A stretch of DNA of 32,643 nucleotides from Acidobacteriota bacterium (lineage in GTDB: Bacteria; Acidobacteriota; UBA6911). A program made the position numbers and the translations under genes. The notes beneath the pieces are model-generated. The model was not told where the DNA came from. It did no database searches and was given only the letters and a program-made list of their open reading frames with translations. The stretch lies in the NCBI GenBank assembly GCA_023265215.1, contig JAHFUH010000011.1, positions 1 through 32,643 on the forward strand, written 5' to 3'. Positions 25,473 to 30,798 of this stretch are shown in pieces. The first letter of the stretch is position 1. Every line of letters begins with the position of its first letter.

Positions 25473-27041
25473 CTACTCCAAGTAACAAAGGACGTCGCTG
25501 CGGCCGCGCAGTTCGCGGATTGACGACACTCCGAGCCGGCTCAACACACCAATCATCTGTTCGTGCCAGGCATTCTGCAGGTTAATCAATCTCTGGGTCG
25601 CCCACTCGAGGCCCATCAAATCCATCAGTTCGGGATCAGTCGACGCAATTCCGCGCGGGCAGCCTCTGCCACTTTCGCAGCAGGCGCAGCGCACGCAGCC
25701 AAGCGCCACCATCTCCGCCGTGCCGATCACGACCCCATCGGCTCCCAGCGCAATTGCTTTGAGCGCATCGTAGGCCGTGCGGATCCCGCCGGAGGCTATC
25801 AGCGTAATCTTCTCCCGGATGCCCTCAGCGACCAGAAACTTATGCACCTTGGGAATGGCGAACTCGATGGGCATTGCAATATTTTTCTTCGCAATGTCCG
25901 GCGCCGCGCCCGTACCTCCATAGCTGCCGTCCAGGTGAATGATGTGAGCACCGGCGTAATAGCTTCCCACCGCAACCATGTCTACATCGGTAGGTGTTGA
26001 TACCTTCACGCTCACCAGGCACCTGGGATTGACTTCCTTGATCCAGTCCAGGTGCTTTTTGTGATCTTCCACGCTGTAAACGCTGTGGAATGGAAAAGGA
26101 CTGAACAATGCATTTCCGGGAACTGCCCCTCGCATTCGCGCAACCGCCGGAGTGTTCTTGTCGCCCAGCAGATGTCCGCCGAGCCCCGGTTTGGCACCCT
26201 GGGCATATTTGAATTCCACAATCCTCACGCGCTGAATCGTCTCCTCGCGTACGCCGAAAAGACCGGTTGCAACTTGGGTGATCATGTGGTCGTCATAAGG
26301 CATGAGCCTGTCGGGATACCCCCCCTCCCCAGTGCAGCTGAAGCTGTTCCATGCAACCGCAGCCCGGGCTTTTGCAAGAATCGTGTGAATGCTGACGGAC
26401 CCGAAGCTCATTCCCCCGCCATAGACCGGTATGTCGATGTGAATCTGCGGCCGGCCATCCTCACGGCGATTCAGATCCAACCCCGTATCAATCGCTTCGG
26501 CTGCAACCCGCGATCCGCCTCCATCCAGCCCGGGAATTTCAAACTTAAACCGGATCTGGTCAAACCCTCCCCCAGAAGCACCGTGTCTGAACTCCAGATG
26601 CGAAGGCGGAGTGTGCCCGGTCTCCGCTTCATGCCATGTGGACAGGATCAGATCGCTGGACCAGCGCGGATCTCCAAAGCACTCAACATTGGGATTCAGG
26701 CTCATGACCAGCGCTTTTTGCGGACACTGGCTGATGCAGTCGCTGCCGGCCTCTGTGCAAGCCGGGCCGATGCAAAGGTAATCCTGAGGCCGCGACATTA
26801 AGGCGTACCCCTCCGGCTTGACGTGCACGCCGTATCCGCACACTTCAACGCAACGGCCGCAAGAAATGCATTTGGCCAGCCGGTCGATTTTGTACTTTCC
26901 GATCGCATTGCGGTATCGCTCAGGCACAGGCCGGATTTTCCGTTCGATATCCTCCTGCGGCCAATCGCTGTGGCCCGGCCTTTGCGGCAGCGCTTCTTCC
27001 TGAATTTCCAGATCGGACTTAATTGCTGTGGTTGTGGTCAT
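25473..27041 (-). CDS. glutamate synthase FMN-binding (GltB domain 2) subunit with N-terminal Fe-S cysteine motifs, archaeal-type
   Basis: CISCGRCVEVCGYG and CIGPACTEAGSDCISQCP cysteine motifs. The canonical substrate/FMN blocks are present: FKYAQGAKPGLGGHLLG, DGSYGGTGAAP, ASGGIRTAYDALKAIALGADGV. A cluster-like LGCVRCACCESGRGCPRGIAS is also present. Confidence 0.85.
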   Translation of the reverse strand: MTTTTAIKSDLEIQEEALPQRPGHSDWPQEDIERKIRPVPERYRNAIGKYKIDRLAKCISCGRCVEVCGYGVHVKPEGYALMSRPQDYLCIGPACTEAGSDCISQCPQKALVMSLNPNVECFGDPRWSSDLILSTWHEAETGHTPPSHLEFRHGASGGGFDQIRFKFEIPGLDGGGSRVAAEAIDTGLDLNRREDGRPQIHIDIPVYGGGMSFGSVSIHTILAKARAAVAWNSFSCTGEGGYPDRLMPYDDHMITQVATGLFGVREETIQRVRIVEFKYAQGAKPGLGGHLLGDKNTPAVARMRGAVPGNALFSPFPFHSVYSVEDHKKHLDWIKEVNPRCLVSVKVSTPTDVDMVAVGSYYAGAHIIHLDGSYGGTGAAPDIAKKNIAMPIEFAIPKVHKFLVAEGIREKITLIASGGIRTAYDALKAIALGADGVVIGTAEMVALGCVRCACCESGRGCPRGIASTDPELMDLMGLEWATQRLINLQNAWHEQMIGVLSRLGVSSIRELRGRSDVLCYLE

Positions 27042-27076
27042 GCATCACCTATGTTAAAAGGATCCGTATGCATTTG

Positions 27077-27191
27077 CCCTTACAGAGCCCCGGCCAATCC
27101 TCCACCCCCTATTTCGGGAGGAGCAACCCCTTGGCGTGGAGAAATGGCCCCGGGCAACAAAAATTGCCCGGCGCCAGGGGGCCCTGTAAGG
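27077..27191. repeat. nested hairpins inside the operon (CCCTGTAAGG family)
   Basis: The outer imperfect stem is cccttacagagcccc (27077-27091) against gggggccctgtaagg (27177-27191). Inner stems are tcctcc/ggagga and a perfect 8-bp ccgggcaa caaaaa ttgcccgg (27150-27171). The ccctgtaagg core also occurs at 9438-9447. Confidence 0.75.
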
Positions 27192-27247
27192 ACTATGGAT
27201 AACAGGCTCGACTCGCCAGAGGAAAAACCTGCTATCCATATTTCAAA

Positions 27248-28651
27248 TCATGCACATGCCTGTTCCTGCGGCACTCGAATCAGATCTCCGAATGATTCCT
27301 TCTCAATTTCTTCCATGAAAATTGCTCGGCCCATTTCGCCGCGCAGCCGGCGCACCTCGCGGATGCCCATGGCTCCAAGAACTTCAATCAATTGGCTGTG
27401 CCATGCGCCAATCAGGTTCACTATTCTCTGGGCCGCATATTCGCTGTCCATGGAATCAATCCCGACGGGACAACCGGCCGGCGAATGTCCGCCGCGGCAC
27501 ACCCTGCAGCCGAGCGCAACCAGCAAAGCGGTATCCGCTGTCACAAGATCGGCGCCACAGATAATCGCCTTGGCCATGTGTTCGGCCAGCGCAATGCCCC
27601 CTGAAATTATCAGCGTGATTTCATCTCGCAGCCCGCTGTCAACAAGACGCGTGTGAATCTCGCGCAGCGCATCCTTGATATGGCGTCCCGACAAATCGCG
27701 TCCGTGCAGATCGGCGCACAAATGAAACACTTTCAACCCGCTCCCCGACAGCTCGATGATGCGTTCAGCAGACTTGGGACCAATCGCCGCCCGGACAGAG
27801 AGGATCGCCTCCGGACGCATGCTCCGTATCCGGTTTGCCGTGCCCAGAATCTCCGGGCCGTCGAGCAATTGAATCATCGGACTGGCGCTGTGGATCACAT
27901 TGCTGAAATCCGGAATGTCGTCGCCGGCAAAAATTGGAATAACCGAAGGCAGGAGTTCCGGCTGCAGGCGCGCGGCTTCCTTCGCAAACATCACGGCAAA
28001 TGTCTTCAGCTCTTTTGCAGCCAAAGCGCGACTGTGGGCAAGCTCAAATTGATGGGTGGGCCATTGCGGAATGTCCAGGATTGCCGGAACCTGGACTTCC
28101 ACCAGGTTTAGGACCGGGGTAAGCATCCCGCCTTCCGGAGTAAAGCTCAGCCGCATCGGCTTTGGACCAATGTCGACAGATGTGGAAATATATTCACGGC
28201 CGTGAATGCCATCGCGCGTCGGCCGGACGATTTCCGACATGTCCGTCCAGATGGAATCAAATCCGGGCCCGTGAAAGGGGCCTCGATAGCCGGCGCCCGA
28301 CACTGGAATTTTTCCCGAGTCGGCTTGCGTCCATGTGCTGGAGAGAATGTCCGGCTTCCAATACTCATCACCCATTTCCAGAAATTCCGGATTCACGGAA
28401 AGGCTCAGCAAACCTTTGGTGCAGCCCTGAACGCAGGAAAGGCAGGCTTTGCACTCGTACAGGGTCTGGGTGGCTGCGAGAGGATCCCGGTTGTGAGCCG
28501 ACTCGTGTTTGTAGACGTCGTAATTGCATCGGGGCTTCACGCAGTTGCTGCAACGCGAGCAATCCTCGCGCCAGTCGACGCCTCCGAATTTGCCGATCCG
28601 GTAAAACCGGCCGGGAGTTGGGACTGTATGGATATGGTATCGGTCAGGCAT
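27248..28651 (-). CDS. divergent glutamate-synthase FMN-domain paralogue with N-terminal 2x[4Fe-4S]-type motifs, lacking the canonical substrate loops
   Basis: CSRCSNCVKPRC and CKACLSCVQGC motifs. GFDSIWTDMSEIVRPTRDG...TSVDIG, ISGGIALAEHMAKAIICGADLV and LGCRVCRGGHSPAGCPVGI are collinear with the neighbouring canonical subunit. No QGAKPGxGG or GGTGAAP block is present. Confidence 0.7.
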   Translation of the reverse strand: MPDRYHIHTVPTPGRFYRIGKFGGVDWREDCSRCSNCVKPRCNYDVYKHESAHNRDPLAATQTLYECKACLSCVQGCTKGLLSLSVNPEFLEMGDEYWKPDILSSTWTQADSGKIPVSGAGYRGPFHGPGFDSIWTDMSEIVRPTRDGIHGREYISTSVDIGPKPMRLSFTPEGGMLTPVLNLVEVQVPAILDIPQWPTHQFELAHSRALAAKELKTFAVMFAKEAARLQPELLPSVIPIFAGDDIPDFSNVIHSASPMIQLLDGPEILGTANRIRSMRPEAILSVRAAIGPKSAERIIELSGSGLKVFHLCADLHGRDLSGRHIKDALREIHTRLVDSGLRDEITLIISGGIALAEHMAKAIICGADLVTADTALLVALGCRVCRGGHSPAGCPVGIDSMDSEYAAQRIVNLIGAWHSQLIEVLGAMGIREVRRLRGEMGRAIFMEEIEKESFGDLIRVPQEQACA

Positions 28652-28675
28652 ATTTTACTTTCTGCTATAAGCACT

Positions 28676-28763
28676 CACCGCAGAGACGCTGAGAACGCAA
28701 AGGGCGCAGAGGAATTTTTATATTAATCTCTGCGATCTCGGCGTCCTCCGCGTCTCTGCGGTG
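28676..28763. repeat. long imperfect hairpin of GAGACGC-type units inside the operon
   Basis: The outer 14-bp stem is perfect: caccgcagagacgc (28676-28689) against gcgtctctgcggtg (28750-28763). The inner stem is cgcagag/ctctgcg, with an AT-rich apex (aatttttatattaat). Degenerate units are gagacgc, gagaacgc and gaggacgc. Confidence 0.85.
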
Positions 28764-28787
28764 AAGATGAAAATAGAGGACGCTTCG

Positions 28788-29678
28788 CTATTTCGCAATC
28801 CGGCCTAAAACAATCGCAGCGGTTGACTCGCAACCCCCGCTGAGAATATGAATCCCACGAACTCCGGCAACTTCCTTCAGCCGTGCGGCCATATCCGAAG
28901 CTATAGCCGCGCCCTCCTGAGCCTCGTCTGCCGCATTGCCGATCCGATCGATGACATGCTCTGCGATCGGTCCATACATCTGGCTCTGCTGCAGGGCTTT
29001 GGCTTGAGCCACGCCGGTTAGCGGCAATACACTGGCGATAATCGCAGTCCGCCTATCAAGGCCGGCCGCGCGCACCTCATCCATCCACAGGCAAAAACCT
29101 TCGAGGTCGAATACGGCTTGAGTTATGACAAAATCCGCCCCTGCCACAATCTTCTTTTTAAACCGGAGAAGATTCAGATCCATCGGACGCAAATAAGGAT
29201 GAGCCACTGCTCCAACCTGGAACTTCAGCTTTGGCTCAATTTCTTTGCCGTCGAATGCCGATCCGTCAAGAATCATTCTCTTTAAAGCCTGAGTGAATTG
29301 AACCGAATCCAGGTCATTCGCCGCTGCAGCCTGCGGGCAAACGCCCATCGATTGATGCTGCCCGCTCATGCAGAGGATCGCGGAAAAATCCAGAGCTGCT
29401 GCTCCCAAAGCATCGCTTAAAAGCGCAAGTCGATTGCGATCGCGGGTCGCCATCGATAATACAATGCCAGTATGGCCCGCATTTCGCAGGATCCGAGCCG
29501 TTGAAAATGCCGAACTGCGAATTTCATCAGGATTGTCCGCAATCACAATGGCGTCGAGACCCGAAGGGAGCGCAGACGAAAGATTCCGGACGGCCTTGAA
29601 ATCAGAACCGCGAGGGGGCAGGCATTCAGCCGTCAATATTAGGCGGTTGGAATTCAACGCCTGTGCAAAGCTGTTCAT
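28788..29678 (-). CDS. metF: methylenetetrahydrofolate reductase MetF (anaerobe type)
   Basis: The TIM-barrel MTHFR pattern includes SMATRDRNRLALLSD (compare the TCRDRNR block of MetF), ADNP, and AGADFVITQAVFD. The start overlaps the upstream mvhD-like stop (ATGA). Confidence 0.8.
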   Translation of the reverse strand: MNSFAQALNSNRLILTAECLPPRGSDFKAVRNLSSALPSGLDAIVIADNPDEIRSSAFSTARILRNAGHTGIVLSMATRDRNRLALLSDALGAAALDFSAILCMSGQHQSMGVCPQAAAANDLDSVQFTQALKRMILDGSAFDGKEIEPKLKFQVGAVAHPYLRPMDLNLLRFKKKIVAGADFVITQAVFDLEGFCLWMDEVRAAGLDRRTAIIASVLPLTGVAQAKALQQSQMYGPIAEHVIDRIGNAADEAQEGAAIASDMAARLKEVAGVRGIHILSGGCESTAAIVLGRIAK

Positions 29679-30190
29679 TTTCCCTCCTGCAATAAATCCC
29701 CTTGCGTCTGAAGGGGACTGGAAGGAAAAGTCTGAAGAGCCTGAAGCACCTGATCACGAATAGCCTCCAACTGGCTGTTCAGTGACTCCGATCCGTTCGT
29801 CCCAGGCTTTCTATGCGCAGCCAGCGCCAGATCCTCAGCGGCAGAACCCGGAAGATACGAGAGCAACAAACGCTCATCACCCAGCCCGATCTCTTTCAGG
29901 ATCGACCGGATGTAATCCACCCGGCGCGCGCAGCGCCTGCTCCCCTCTATGTAATGGCAGTTGTCTTCCTGGCAGGCAACCACCGAAACAATGCTCGCCC
30001 CCGACTCAAACGCCCTCAGGACATGCTCAGGCTGAAGACGGCCCGTGCACGGAACAACCACCTGCTGAAAATTGCCGGGCCAGTTGAAATCGGGGACACT
30101 GGGCCGCGCCCGCCCGGCAGAAGACAACTCCTTGCCAGGCCGCGCACAATTGGCGCAAATAAAAACGGTAACGCCGGAAATGCTTTCCAC
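29675..30190 (-). CDS. second MvhD/FlpD-family iron-sulfur protein
   Basis: VFICANCAR, VVPCTGRLQPEHVLRAFESGA and VVACQEDNCHYIEGS follow the FlpD pattern. The GTG start is preceded by AGGAGGG. Confidence 0.8.
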   Translation of the reverse strand: MESISGVTVFICANCARPGKELSSAGRARPSVPDFNWPGNFQQVVVPCTGRLQPEHVLRAFESGASIVSVVACQEDNCHYIEGSRRCARRVDYIRSILKEIGLGDERLLLSYLPGSAAEDLALAAHRKPGTNGSESLNSQLEAIRDQVLQALQTFPSSPLQTQGDLLQEGK

Positions 30191-30206
30191 CTACCCTCCT
30201 GAATTT

Positions 30207-30533
30207 CTATGCTGCCGACTCGGAGCAATCAGTCCGAGGCAGAACAGTACCATCCGCATCCAGCTGGTATTCCTCACACTGCAGCACGCCGCAGCGCGCA
30301 TTCGGGAATCCGCAATTTTCCACATGCAGGCAATTGGCGCATAAACCCATGCCGGCCGCGTCCTTGGGATCCATTGCCACCCTACCTTCGGAAACAGACG
30401 GTTTCTGGGCAAAAGGCTGAACCGAAAATTCTTCGCACTGAATAATTTCGAGTTTAGTGCTTCGCCTGAGCATGCAGGTGGGGTCATGCTCACATGTTTC
30501 ACAAAGACCGTAATACTTTGGCATTTCAGCCAT
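30207..30533 (-). CDS. 108-aa cysteine-rich protein with an internal duplication; function unknown
   Basis: There are two repeats of G-L-C-x2-C-x-H-x3-C-x(9-13)-QCEE-aromatic: GLCETCEHDPTCMLRRSTKLEIIQCEEF and GLCANCLHVENCGFPNARCGVLQCEEY. A purine-rich RBS (GGGGAAAGGA) lies upstream. It is the first gene after the sigma-54 promoter. Confidence 0.6.
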   Translation of the reverse strand: MAEMPKYYGLCETCEHDPTCMLRRSTKLEIIQCEEFSVQPFAQKPSVSEGRVAMDPKDAAGMGLCANCLHVENCGFPNARCGVLQCEEYQLDADGTVLPRTDCSESAA

Positions 30534-30579
30534 AAGTTTAATCCTTTCCCCTAAGGTTAAAAAACAACCCTATGGCTAT

Positions 30580-30595
30580 AGCAAAAAATATGCCA
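30580..30595 (-). promoter_or_regulatory. sigma-54 (-24/-12) promoter
   Basis: The minus strand reads TGGCAT-ATTTT-TTGCT, with GG and GC at exactly the consensus spacing of TGGCACG-N4-TTGCW. The GC lies 48 nt upstream of ATG 30533, and a sigma-54 activator gene is immediately upstream. Confidence 0.65.
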
Positions 30596-30664
30596 ATGGG
30601 GAAATTTTTAAGATAAAAACATCCTTCATTTTATCAAATTATGTTGCAGATGTTTATCAATATT

Positions 30665-30681
30665 ATGAAATATTATTTCAT
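30665..30681. promoter_or_regulatory. perfect 8-1-8 palindrome ATGAAATA-T-TATTTCAT (candidate upstream activator site)
   Basis: Read directly. Its centre is about 100 nt upstream of the predicted start site. It is flanked by direct repeats TTTATCAA(A/TA)TTATG at 30630-30643 and 30653-30667. Confidence 0.35.
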
Positions 30682-30705
30682 ATCTATAAAATCGGTGTGG
30701 ATTTT

Positions 30706-30720
30706 AAAATGGTCCATTTT
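30706..30720. promoter_or_regulatory. perfect 7-1-7 palindrome AAAATGG-T-CCATTTT (candidate upstream activator site)
   Basis: Read directly. Its centre is about 140 nt upstream of the predicted sigma-54 start site. Confidence 0.35.
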
Positions 30721-30798
30721 GTTTACCATGGGCCAATATATTACCAGCGTCCTTCCGCGTCGTCCGTGTATTCCGCGTCCGGTACGAAAAACCGCTGT

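Noticed and set aside
27152-27167. A plus-strand sigma-54-like sequence, GGGCAACAAAAATTGC, in an operon gap.
   Set aside because: The GG-to-GC spacing is one nucleotide too long. It is on the wrong strand for the flanking genes, and it forms the perfect ccgggcaa/ttgcccgg hairpin instead.
16909-30533. I searched the cluster for HdrB/HdrC (CCG-domain) genes, hydrogenase or formate dehydrogenase subunits, and selenocysteine-type in-frame TGA codons.
   Set aside because: None was found. No CCG-domain motif is present, the gaps are filled by hairpins rather than small ORFs, and the 1498-aa ORF is uninterrupted. The absence is reported as part of the main finding, not as a feature.
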